DNA from: Epiperipatus broadwayi
Lineage: Eukaryota; Animalia; Onychophora
Assembly: GCA_028023455.1 (NCBI GenBank)
Contig: JAQFVV010000006.1
Span: 4,340,001 to 4,404,000 of the forward strand
Direction: 5' to 3'
DNA: 64,000 nucleotides
The notes beneath the pieces are model-generated. The model did no database searches and was not told where the DNA came from. It saw only the letters and a list, made by a program, of their open reading frames with translations. Positions 26,782 to 37,195 of this stretch are shown here, piece after piece. The position numbers were made by a program, and so were the translations under genes. Numbering within the stretch: the stretch's first letter is position 1; every line of letters starts with the position of its first letter.

Positions 26782-26878
26782 GTCAAGTGTCGGTAGCCTA
26801 GTGGTTAGCGTAGCTGCCTTCCAAGCAGCTGGTCCGGGTTCGCTTCCCGGTAAATGCATTTGACATATGGGAAAAAAA
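26782..26878 (+). mobile_element. Best-preserved tRNA-Gly(TCC)-derived SINE copy
   Basis: gtcaa-gtgtcggtagcctagtggttagcgtagctgccttccaagcagctggtccgggttcgcttcccggtaaatgca-tttgacatatgg(A)n. Anticodon arm GCTGCCTTCCAAGCAG as in tRNA-Gly-TCC; acceptor stem is broken. Confidence 0.85.
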
Positions 26879-27565
26879 TAATACTAAACCTCTTTAAAAA
26901 ATAAATATAACCTATTCTGAATATCGACTAATAAATAGTCAATTATAACAGTACAAACTGCAATTATAAATTTCAAATTGTACCCAAAGTATTTCCTTAA
27001 TAATAAGTGTAATAATTCTCAAGGATAAATGGGTTTGTAAGTAATCATTAAAAACTAGTCAACACTTAGACAACCCCAATATCAGTAACAATCAATAGTT
27101 TTAAACTGCTATCAAGGCAACATCCTTTTAACAATAAAAATGGAACCCCATCTTTATTAATGGTCTAATATACTTATATGGACACTAAAGATTGTAACTT
27201 GGGTTTTTCAGTAATCATTAAAAACCAGTCAACCCTTAGACAATTCCAATATTTTTAACAATCAATAATTTATAGATATTTAAATATTACATATTCAGCC
27301 TATATTCTGTCCATCGCTCTTCTGTATATTTAAATGGATACATTAAAGTCCTATATGTGAGGGATCAGAGTGATGTAAAGGTAACATGGATATGATAATA
27401 ATATTGGCATCAACAAGGACTTTGAATCTTCCATCCTCAGATTTTCAATGACATGGATGATTGAAGAGTTGGAAGGTGGAATAAATTAAAGCCTATCCAT
27501 TAAAGTATAAAGATTTGCCATTTTGATATAAACTGAGCACTGATTGTATATATGTGTGGGAGATG

Positions 27566-27624
27566 ATGATCTGGACCAACTGATGAGTGCTAGTTCAGTA
27601 CGAAATATGCATATTGGAGATCAT
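27566..27624 (+). ncRNA. Type I hammerhead ribozyme, family C, intact core with extended bulged stem I
   Basis: ATGATCT-gga-CCAA-CTGATGA(27580-86)-GTGCT-agttc-AGTAC-GAAA(27602-05)-t-atgc-ATA(cleavage predicted after 27613)-TTGG-AGATCAT. Confidence 0.85.
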
Positions 27625-29916
27625 TAATCTTTTTCACATGTATGTGGTCATATATAACGATTGTATAAGAAAATTTGGATAGCCATGGGGAGTTTGTTTC
27701 AAGTCCTTCTAATTATAAAAAAAAAACAATAAAATATAGGGGATTTGAAGTCAGACTTTCAAGCAACCTTTAACTATCCACATTATCTCATACTACTGAT
27801 ACACATTTGCAGAAAAGATAAATAATCACCAACATATATATTTCGTGCTGAAACCAGTATTCATCAGTTGGTCCAGATTATCATCTCCCACACATACATA
27901 TAACCAGTGCTCAGTTTATATTAAGACAGCAAATCTTTATACTTTAATGGACAGGCTTCAATGTACTCCAACCTCCAACTCTTCAGCCATCCATACCATT
28001 GAAAATCTGATAGAATGCCCAAATCCCACATTGATGCCAATATTGTTGTTATGCCCATGTTGACCTCAAGTCATTCTGACCCCTCATGTATACTGAACAC
28101 TGGTTTATATATATATGTGAGGGAAATGATAAACTGAGCACTGGTTATATATATATGTGGGAGATGATAATCTGGACCAATTGATGACTGCTGGTTCAGG
28201 AAATGTATATTGGTGATTATTTATCTTTTCTGCATGTGTGTGGTCATGTGTATCAGTACTATGAGATAGTGTGTATAGGTGAAGGTTGCTTGAAAATCTG
28301 AGTTCAAATCCCCTATACTTTCAATTAAGTTCCAGGTATAATAATGCCTGTATTTCAAATCTTAAAAAATAATAATAGTAAATCATAGAAAACCAATAAA
28401 AGAGACAATTATATTTTTACAATTTATTTTGTAGATTATAAATATAATGATTTGTTCTACTATTATAAACGCTAAGATTTGTTTAAGAACAACCAAAAAT
28501 AGCAAAGATTAAGATACTCTCCTGCGAGATTTGCTACAATAATGAGTGGAAGACTCTGGGGCTTATGGTAAACGGATTTATCATTTCCGGCGCTCAAACT
28601 TCTTATTAACTCCCAAACAAAAGCTATTCGACTAATTTAGTTTAAGAATCCTACAAATTATTCAAAAGACCGAAAATCACAATCGCATTTCCTGGGAACA
28701 AAATGGGGAAAAACTAACAATAAAACAACACATTTGTAGAAACACAAATAAAAATCACATATAAGTAAAATATTTACGTTACAAATTATGATTTTTTTTT
28801 TCAAATGACTAAAAAATAATTTAAACGAAAGACGTTCGTTAAAACCATCGTTCATCTGAGTACAACACGAAGGTATGAATAATTGATCAGGCATGAAACA
28901 TCAAAATACCGTAGTTAATTAATTAAAAAATAACAATTAATTAATACACTAAACTTAAAATTTTTTACAATGACTATTTTTCTATACATAAAAGTAAGTA
29001 TAATCATTTTATGTCCATAAATAACAATGTTCCAGGGATAAAATATTCGATATGGATGTTAAATAAAACGCCAAGTTACCATAGCGCACAGACATATTTA
29101 AAATGGACACAAAATTATTTTTAGTTTCAAAAGACATTTCCAAGTGAATAAAAATTAGAAAATAATTTCATGAAAACAATATTTTTTTTCCCCATCATTT
29201 TCTAAACTGTCAAAAGAAAATATGGCCGAAAATATAAGGAAACAATAATTTGTCACAGTTTTCTGAGGAAAAAAAATTACTGTATTTCTTATAGTTATGT
29301 GGCTTTCTATACAATTAAACAGGCAACAACAAATAGAGGGTTATAATAGAATAAATTGGAAACAGGAGGGGGTAAATCAATCAAGATAAAGTAAATAACA
29401 TTGTATAACAAAACAAATTGCAACACAAAAAAAATATAGCAATCATATATATTTATCAAATCACAACAAATATTTCTGTTTTACTAGTATAATGCACGAT
29501 TATATTATTATATTGCTTTTATTATTAACGTTATAACAGAGGCAACATCAGTGATGAAAGAGTAACTTCCCGCTGTTTACGCAAGGCGAATCATTAAAAA
29601 AACAAGATGTGAAGTATCCATTAAAAAAATAATAATTATAGTTTTATTTATAAGCTATTCATTTATATAAAACCTCTGCCTACTTTAGGTGGAAAACAGT
29701 GATGAAGCAAGTCAAAACACGTGAGGATTAAATAAACATACGGAAGAGATTCTTGATAAACAATTAAATAAAAATATATATTTTTCGCAAGTAACTTCAA
29801 ACACAAACAAACCTTTTTTTGTAATTTCATGCATATAATAAAGGCGTGCTGCAGGGTTTTTAAACATCCTAAATTGCAACACTGTAGCAATATAACAAAT
29901 GCATGCTATAGTTTAC

Positions 29917-29946
29917 CTTTATACGACGACCTATTTTTGCAGCCAT
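29917..29946 (-). CDS. MAPKAPK5: MAP kinase-activated protein kinase 5, coding exon 1 (MAAKIGRRIK)
   Basis: Minus strand reads caaa-ATG GCT GCA AAA ATA GGT CGT CGT ATA AAG|gtaaac. 30 nt, phase-0 donor matching the phase-0 acceptor of the exon at 18444. Position is analogous to the short N-terminal segment of MK5 (MSEESDMDKAIK). Confidence 0.8.
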
Positions 29947-30285
29947 TTTGTTTGTGAAGTGTCGACGCAAAATAAAAGGGAGGGAGGGTAGATGGGATTA
30001 AGAAATGAGGCGAAATTAAAACAATATTTGAAAAATATACTGTGAAAATTTTAGTTTAATATCGAACCGCAACAGTTAAGTATATGTCAGTTCGAAATTT
30101 TATCCTCCATCGGAAATAATCGTAAACAGCTTAACACGGTAAACAATATTAAAGCCCCCCTTTTAATTATGTTTTTCTAGTGCTATCCCATAATGCTTTA
30201 GTAACCTTGCTCAGTTTTGTATCATGTAGTATCTTCTAGCTATCTTCCTCTAATTTCTACATAATTTTCGCTTTTAGATAGAAAT
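29947..30285. promoter_or_regulatory. Putative bidirectional promoter between MAPKAPK5 and USP30; possible short USP30 5'-UTR intron 30139-30277
   Basis: Only 339 bp between divergent ATGs, with locally more CpG than the flanks. Acceptor-like ttttcgcttttag ends 8 nt before the USP30 ATG; candidate donor cacg|gtaaac at 30139. Confidence 0.65.
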
Positions 30286-30391
30286 ATGGATGCTGGACGT
30301 TGGACTATACTGGGGAGCATTACAGCAGCAGTTATGGCCGGAATTTACGTATTTTGGGGTCCATCTGTGCCGAAGAAAGTTAAGCGCAAAG
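30286..30391 (+). CDS. USP30: Ubiquitin-specific protease 30, first coding exon (MDAGRWTILGSITAAVMAGIYVFWGPSVPKKVKRK), N-terminal membrane anchor
   Basis: Hydrophobic segment ending GIYVFWGP plus a basic stretch matches USP30 GIYVIWGPITERKKRRK. Donor G|gtgaaa, phase 1. Confidence 0.92.
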
Positions 30392-31466
30392 GTGAAATTA
30401 TTGTCATTTTTGTTACTATGGTATTAAATGTTACACTGTATCTCTTTGTTTCGTTATTTTTAGTTAATTTGCATGCTTTAACATATTTAATCACTTATTC
30501 TTCACTGATTTCTAATAAGCAAGTGGTATATTTAATAGTTGGAATAAAATATTCTTGAACAAAGAAATCTGTATTTCAGTGTGTCATCATCTAGTTTAAA
30601 TGTCTTTTTCTTTGCTTAAATTAAGATTTAAACGTTATTTAAACTATTTTACAGCGAAATGAATTTTGTATGTACTACTTATAATATACACTTATTTTGT
30701 TTGTTTTGCGGATTTTTTCTTAATGCAGGAATTCTTTTAAGCACACAAAAATTAGTAGAAGCACTTAATTGCTTTAACGCGGTAATGAGTTCATATACGT
30801 CTCGATCTGTGTTCCCGTGACATTGAAAAATTAGGCCGAATATTTAACGATAATTTGGAAAACAAACCACATTAAGTAGTTGGTTCTTGACCCGCTCCCC
30901 TTGTAGAGTGCCTTAGGTTTGAAATAAAATTAAAAAGAGAGTTAACGTGTTTATAAAAAAAACGATGTGTTTTCATAACATATGCAAAATTATGCAGTAT
31001 ATGCCAGCTGATTTGTTTGAATAGATATCTATAATTAATAAATATGCTTATATTTTCTGTACTGTCTTTACGTATTATAACATGGTGTGCGTGAATGTAT
31101 GTCTGTTTTATTGATTTTGTAAATAAAGTTATATATTTGTAGTAATTATGGTCCCACAGAAAATGAATAAATTTCCCGAATTTGCATATGCTACGCATAC
31201 ATTTACCTTCACGCTCATTAAACTTACGTATGCTCATTTATATAGATTATAAACGTGGTATAAAACTGCAGAAACCTGTCTGGTGTGTGTCTGTGTGTGT
31301 GCGCTAAGCAAAAGGGAAGCTTACACACATACAATGTATACTATGCATGTGAAGAAACGTAAATCATACCTTATGAATAAATCTGTACATTAGGATTGTC
31401 TTATTCATTGTTAAGAATATTAGTCAGTGTGTTAAATTACTTCTACTAATACCTATTTGTTTTGTT

Positions 31467-31508
31467 TCCTCACTGACGAAGGCCACAAGCCAGAAACTAG
31501 TCTGGGGA
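31467..31508 (+). ncRNA. Minimal type I hammerhead ribozyme, family A
   Basis: TCCTCA-CTGACGA-a-GGC-cacaa-GCC-a-GAAAC-ta-GTC(cleavage predicted after 31502)-TGGGGA. 6-bp stem I, palindromic stem III ACTAGT, non-canonical A:A at the base of stem II. Confidence 0.75.
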
Positions 31509-32126
31509 TATTGGATGAGTAGGCACTAGATGGGGATTTTATGCACAAGCCTTCTGGCATCCATTGAATACTCTAGCTTGCTGTGTGTGGCATACGTATA
31601 GTGAGTTTTGCCTGTTTTAACAACAGTTATACACAAGCATAAGAGATGGTGGTCATGTGATGTTTATTGGCTTAAAATCAATCCTGCCTAATAGGATATT
31701 GGTGGCTATGGTTATTAAAGAACCAAAGACACCAAAATGTATGGGAATTGAACTGGATTCAGATCCATATAACTATATAAGCTGATGGGTTTGAATTGGA
31801 AACATTAAAGTGTTTTCAGTTTAAGACTCATAGTTTTGTAGTTAAATGGAGATAAAAGGTGGTTGCTGGAGGGTTGCATTAGATCCTAAGATCTAGATGC
31901 AGTGCTCTCAGATCCAAGGCTCCTCACTGATGAAGGCCACAATCCAGAAACTAATCTGGGGATATTGGATGAGTAGGCACTAGATGGTGATTTTATGCAC
32001 AAGCCTTCTGGCATCCATTGATTACTCTAGCTTGCTGTGTGTGGCATACATATAGTGAGTTTTGCCTGTTTTAACAACAGTTATACACAAGCATAAGAGA
32101 TGGTGGTCATGTGATGTTTATTGGTT
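31467..32126 (+). mobile_element. Family A partial head-to-tail tandem (HHR-to-HHR period 454 bp); retrozyme-like or non-autonomous Penelope-like
   Basis: Segment 31467-31675 is repeated at 31921-32126. HHR cores at 31473 and 31927; intervening B segment starts atcctgcctaataggata. Confidence 0.85.
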
Positions 32127-32199
32127 TAATAAATTTATGTTGTTAAGTTTCAATTTTCGTATTGAGTTTTCTATATTAAATTTCATCAATGAATATTTA

Positions 32200-32780
32200 C
32201 CTGGTATTGTCAATAATACCCCTGAGTATATAATAGACTGTCACAGTCAACATTTCAAGAAAACTGAGACAAAATTGAAAAGAACGTTATCTAAGTATAT
32301 TGGATTAGTTCATCTCTGCAGTTTGAAAATTCGTGAGTGTTAATAAAATGCCATAGTTGATCGACAAAGAAGAATAATGAGACTGCAAAATAGTTCCATT
32401 AGCAAATTTGATATTAACAGTATAGTAGTTTGGCAAATCAACATGGATCATGTTGAAAGATACATGCTCATCAACAATATTGTGAAAATTTGAATTTAGC
32501 AGTTGAAGTTAGGAGATATAACAGTATAGTAGTTTGGCAAATCAACACGGATCATTTTGAAAGATACATGCTCATCAACAATATTGTGAAAATTTGAATT
32601 TAGCAGTTGAAGTTAGGAGATATAAAAGTTCTGAAGAAGATTGCTTGGGCAATCGAAACTGTAAACTTTAAAAGTGTGTGATAAATAAAGCATTGTGTAA
32701 CAGTAGTAATTTAGTATTATATGATGATAACAATATTGTGGTTGACAAAATAAAAGTAGCAATGTTAATGGGGATGTCTG
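32200..32780 (+). mobile_element. Probable Penelope-like element 3' relic (degenerate GIY-YIG-like coding, 104-bp tandem duplication, family D HHR)
   Basis: GIVNNTPEYIIDCHSQHFKKTETKLKRTLSKY weakly resembles GVVYKIPCxxCxxxYIGETxRxLxxRxxEH. Duplication 32417-32520 / 32521-32624; HHR starts at 32625. Confidence 0.45.
32625..32669 (+). ncRNA. Minimal type I hammerhead ribozyme, family D
   Basis: AAAGTT-CTGAAGA-a-GATTGC-ttgg-GCAATC-GAAAC-t-GTA-AACTTT. 6-bp stem I, 6-bp stem II, stem III with a 1-nt loop. Confidence 0.8.
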
Positions 32781-32959
32781 AGAAAAACTTACTACAAATT
32801 GCCAACTGACTCTCCAAACAAAAGCTCCTGAAATAAATATCTTATCAGGAATTAAAAGGGAAGTTAATTGTTTTAAACTGATATTGAAACCATTGGCACA
32901 GCTCAAAATGTAGAAACTGAAGTATGCTAGAAAATTCAATATTTATTATGTGGGATTAC

Positions 32960-33960
32960 TAACACTAGCTAAAAAGAGAAAGTTTAATGCTGAGTTGGCC
33001 ATTGTGTTGCTTGACCAATTATGGTGAATGCATGTCTCAGCTCAGACAAATCCTGCTGAGTGAATCTGATCTAACATATAAACATGCTGTAGAAAAATAT
33101 TTATCTCACAAAGCAGTTCTAGAAATTGCTGCAGAATTTTAAAATAGTACAGATGCGAAGAAAACCCAATGACTGTAAATAAAATGGAAGTCAAAAGTTC
33201 AAACTACAGAAGTACTGCCAATGTATGATACATTATTGCTGTGGTAAGAAAGGCCATTTGAAGAAAAATGGTAAATTTATAAAAGGAGTGATGACATGTT
33301 TGTAGAAAAGTAGGACATTTATTATAAGTTTGTATAAACAAAAAGACTAATAGTGAGCTATGTCCAAATTCTAAATTGATGGGAGGGATTGCAAAAGAGA
33401 AACTGATATTAAAAAAGATGAAAATTGTAGTTAATAGTTATATTATGTTGGACATTCATTTCCTTGAACAAAAAGTTAAGATGGAAATAGATAGCAGAAC
33501 AGGATTGTCTAATATCACAAAATGATTGGACAAATATTATAAAGAAAAATAAAAGGAATATAATGTTAGAGAAAACTGATGTGATTACTAACTGAAATAA
33601 ATGGAAGCAGGATAGTAATATATGGACTAGCAACTGTACCAGATAAAGTCAATTCAAGAGTTAAGCATGTACATCTTTACATAGTAAAAAAAAAATAGCT
33701 CAATATTGGGTAGAAATGAGATAACATAATAAAATGTCCGAGAAAAATTCCTGTAGTTATTTAAGTCAGGTCCGTCAGAGTTAAACACTCAGCCAATCAA
33801 TATGAACCTGGTGAAAGATGTTCAGTCAGTTGTGTGTAGATCATGGCAAAGTTTCCTTTGCCTTAAAGTCCATATTGGAACAAAATTAATCATCATAATT
33901 CTAAGGCCAGATGACTGTTTATCTAAGCAGCAGTTGTCACATAATACTGAACAAATACAT
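32960..33960 (+). mobile_element. Gypsy-type LTR retrotransposon relic (gag zinc knuckle, protease)
   Basis: RQILLSESDLTYKHAVEK; HYCCGKKGHLKK; EQKVKMEIDSRTGLSNI (aspartic protease DTG-like motif). Heavily interrupted. Confidence 0.6.
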
Positions 33961-34939
33961 CAATAAAGGAATTTATCCAGTACCCAGTGTTCATAATATC
34001 TTTGCATGATTACAGAAAGGGATGTGCTTTGCTAAAATCGATTGAAAAGTCTACGTTCCATCATTTTCCTACAATGATTCATTCAACTTTTATCCATCAA
34101 CATCACTTAAGATTATTTAAATGCAGCAAATTACTATATATGTGGAGTAACAATCACATTTTATATAATTGTTATACATTGTTAATTGATAAATTTTATC
34201 TTTGTACATTACATAGCTAAATATTTCGATTGGTTTTTTTTTTTTTTTTGCCCCATTATTTTTGATTCTAATTAATTTTCCATAAAACAATAGATGTCAC
34301 TGTATACGTATTGTAAATTGAAGCTTCAAACTGGTCTGCAATTACATTGAGAGCAGCATTAAAAATATTTGCGGAAAAAATTGTTTTGTATTATTGTTAT
34401 AATTTTTTTCCACTTGCTATCCTATACTGCATTCATTTATATATATATTGAAAAGTGTTTATGTCAGGTGTATATGGTATTTTATTTATTATTGTTATGA
34501 TAAATATATACAATCATTGTTATGCAATTATGACATACTGTTTATTGAAAACTACTAAAGAAAGAAATATTGTGTGTAATTTGACGATTTCTTAAATGAA
34601 GTGAAGAATGTAGCATTCAGCATGGATATTTCAGATTGTTTTTCTTAAAGGGAAATTAGGAAAAAGAAAAGATTATTTCTTGAATTAGCGCAAGATGAAT
34701 TGTCAAAGGTTCGTAGTAGCAGTTTTTTTTAATATTCAAATTGACATGGTTAATGTACAAATACAGGAAATATTTGAAAACCTATTTAAATTATTTTAAA
34801 TTAATGACACGTGTAAAATATCAGAAAACAAAAATCTTAAAAAATATTGATAAATTTTTATAACATTTTGTGAAAATTCAAGAAATATTATTATTAAAAA
34901 GAATAATTTTAAATGAAGATGTAAACATTGTCCTGGAAA

Positions 34940-35200
34940 TATTACAATATAACCATATAATATTAAATCATCCATGAACTTTTCTACTGTTACACAGTGC
35001 TTTATTTACTACCCTCTTTTATAGTCTACAGTTTCGATTGCCCCAGCAATCTTCTTCAGAACTAGTTTTACAGTTTCGATAGTTCTGAAGAAAATTGTCG
35101 GGGCAATCAAAACTGTAAAAGAGAGTGGTAAATAAAGCATTGTATAACAGTAATAAAGTGCATGGATGATTTAGTATTATATGGTATACATTTGGCAATG
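34940..35200. repeat. Inverted pair of family D terminal repeats, with an intact HHR at 35022-35064 (-) and a mutated HHR at ~35081-35118 (+)
   Basis: Minus strand TAGTT-CTGAAGA-a-GATTGC-tggg-GCAATC-GAAAC-t-GTA-GACTA. Arms share aaataaagcaYtgtRtaacagta and catggatgattta. Confidence 0.8.
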
Positions 35201-35823
35201 CAATAAGAAAGAGTAAATATTACAATACACATTACATTTAATTGTAATGAGAATTTTTTTTCTATTGCTTGCAATTTCAAATGGTGAACATTCCTTAAAT
35301 AAATTAAAGCTTATTAATTAAAAATTATCTTCACTGTCTATAAGGTGCAAAGATCAGTTAAACATATTGATTATATTAAGTATAGAGAAAAATTGAGAAA
35401 AATTTGATTTTTTTTTTTTTTAAACATCGGTGAAATAGTAAAAATGTAACTTCTCTATTAATTAAAATATTTTCTATGACATAAATGTGAATTATTTTGT
35501 AAAAGTATTTATACTATGTCGCATTTAATACTTACGATATATCAGTGAAATTTTGTATAAAAATTACAAATTGTTTATCTGATATTGGTATACTAATGTA
35601 TATATCTAAAGTGGATTATATCATAGTTGTGGATGGTGTAAGTTTGGCACCTAAATCAAAATATAGCAATTTATTATTGATAAATTGTACTGAGCATATG
35701 ATATATAAAGGATTGTGATCTGGGTCAATTGATGAGCGCTGTTTTAGCACAATATGCTTCTTGGGGATGATTTACCTATATGGCATCTTTATTCATGTTT
35801 CAAAAGTGTGTAATGGAGTTCAG

Positions 35824-36445
35824 CCAATAAACATCACATGACCACACTTCTTATGCTTGTGCATAACTGTTGCTAAAACAGGCAAAGCTTACTATATGTA
35901 TTGCCACACACAGCAAGCTAGTGTAATAAATGGATGCCAGAAGGCTTGTGCATAAAATCCCCATCTAATGCCTACTCATCCAGTATCACCAGACAAGTTT
36001 CTGGCTTATGGCCTTCGTCTGGAGGAGCCTTGGATCTGAGAGCACTGCACCAATCCTGCCTAATAGGATAGTAGTGGCTATGGTTATTAAAGAACCAAAG
36101 ACTCCAAAATGTATGGGTACTGAACTGGGTTCAGACCCATTTGACTATATAAGCTAATGGGCTTGGATTGAAAACATTAAAGTGTTTTCAGTTTAAGACT
36201 CATAGTTTTGTAGTTAAATGGAGATAAAAGGTGATTGGTGGAGGATTGAATTAGATCCTAAGAACTAGGTGCAGTGCTCTCAGATCCAAAGCTCTTCACT
36301 GACGAAGGCCACAAGCCAGAAACTAGTCCCGGGATATTGGATGAGTAGGCATTAGATGAGGATTTTATGCACAAGTTTTCTTGCATCCATTGATTATTCT
36401 GACTTGCACTGAATGGCACTACTGTATGGAGAGTTTTGCCTGTTT
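35824..36445. mobile_element. Family A insertion: inverted copy + B segment + direct copy, 13-bp TSD
   Basis: TSD taatggagttcag at 35811-35823 and 36446-36458. HHR core CTGACGA at 36299; mutated inverted HHR at ~35985-36030. Confidence 0.88.
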
Positions 36446-37195
36446 TAATGGAGTTCAGGTTATTAGGTATTTTTATAATAGATATTACACATGGAAAAGG
36501 AGAAATAAAGTTGAATTACTTCATGTGTGTGTTTAACTACAAAACTGATATATTAAACTCTAACTAAAATTCAAAGTTTATATATCGACTACAGATAATC
36601 TCTAGTTATATAAATGATTAGTGATAATCATTAATGGATTTATCTAAGGTGGATTGTGTTAAAGTTGTGGGTGGAATAAGTTTGATACTTGTAATCAAAA
36701 TTTAACAATTTGAAATATATATATATATAATAAATATTTAATACTTATAATTTTAGGTATAAAAATTACAAATTGTTTATCTGACATTGGTATTCCTACT
36801 TAGATTTAAATCTTTTTTTTTTTAAATATCTGCTCTTTTCCTGCAAAGTATTTATATCGTGACCGTTTTATGAAGAAGGCCTGTCTGCATATATCTAACC
36901 AATTTGGTTTACATCCTTATATTACTAAGAGGAAATATTCCGTATTCTAATTTGTTAAATGCGTCAGTAGCAGCATTTTGGAGCGTGAATTATGTCTCAA
37001 TGTGCTGGTCTGTCTGTCTTTGTAAAAGGCTACCTAAATATTTAAACTGATTAGTGTACTCCTACTGATGACCATCTAAGTCAAAAGTTGACCCAAATTT
37101 TTCTTTAATCTTTGACTGAAAATTATCTTCATTTTTTTGAAATAATCAATTTTTTTGTAGTTGTATTCAAAATCTTAAGAACATTCTAAAGATTA

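Larger units (their letters stand above)
25870..28330. repeat. Family C cluster: five ~440 bp copies; HHR strand -,-,+,-,+ (~25870-26310, 26310-26680, 27275-27725, 27745-28090, 28120-28330)
   Basis: Shared cagactttcaagc, atgatctccaa...catcagttggtccagat, cagtgctcagtttatatt, attgaaaatctga, tacccatgttga. Period 442 bp between 25900 and 26342. Confidence 0.9.

Noticed and set aside
26787-26858. Functional tRNA-Gly(TCC) gene
   Set aside because: Acceptor stem has two mismatches and several wobbles. The shared non-tRNA leader and tail, poly-A, and a TSD-flanked sibling at 11904 indicate a SINE.
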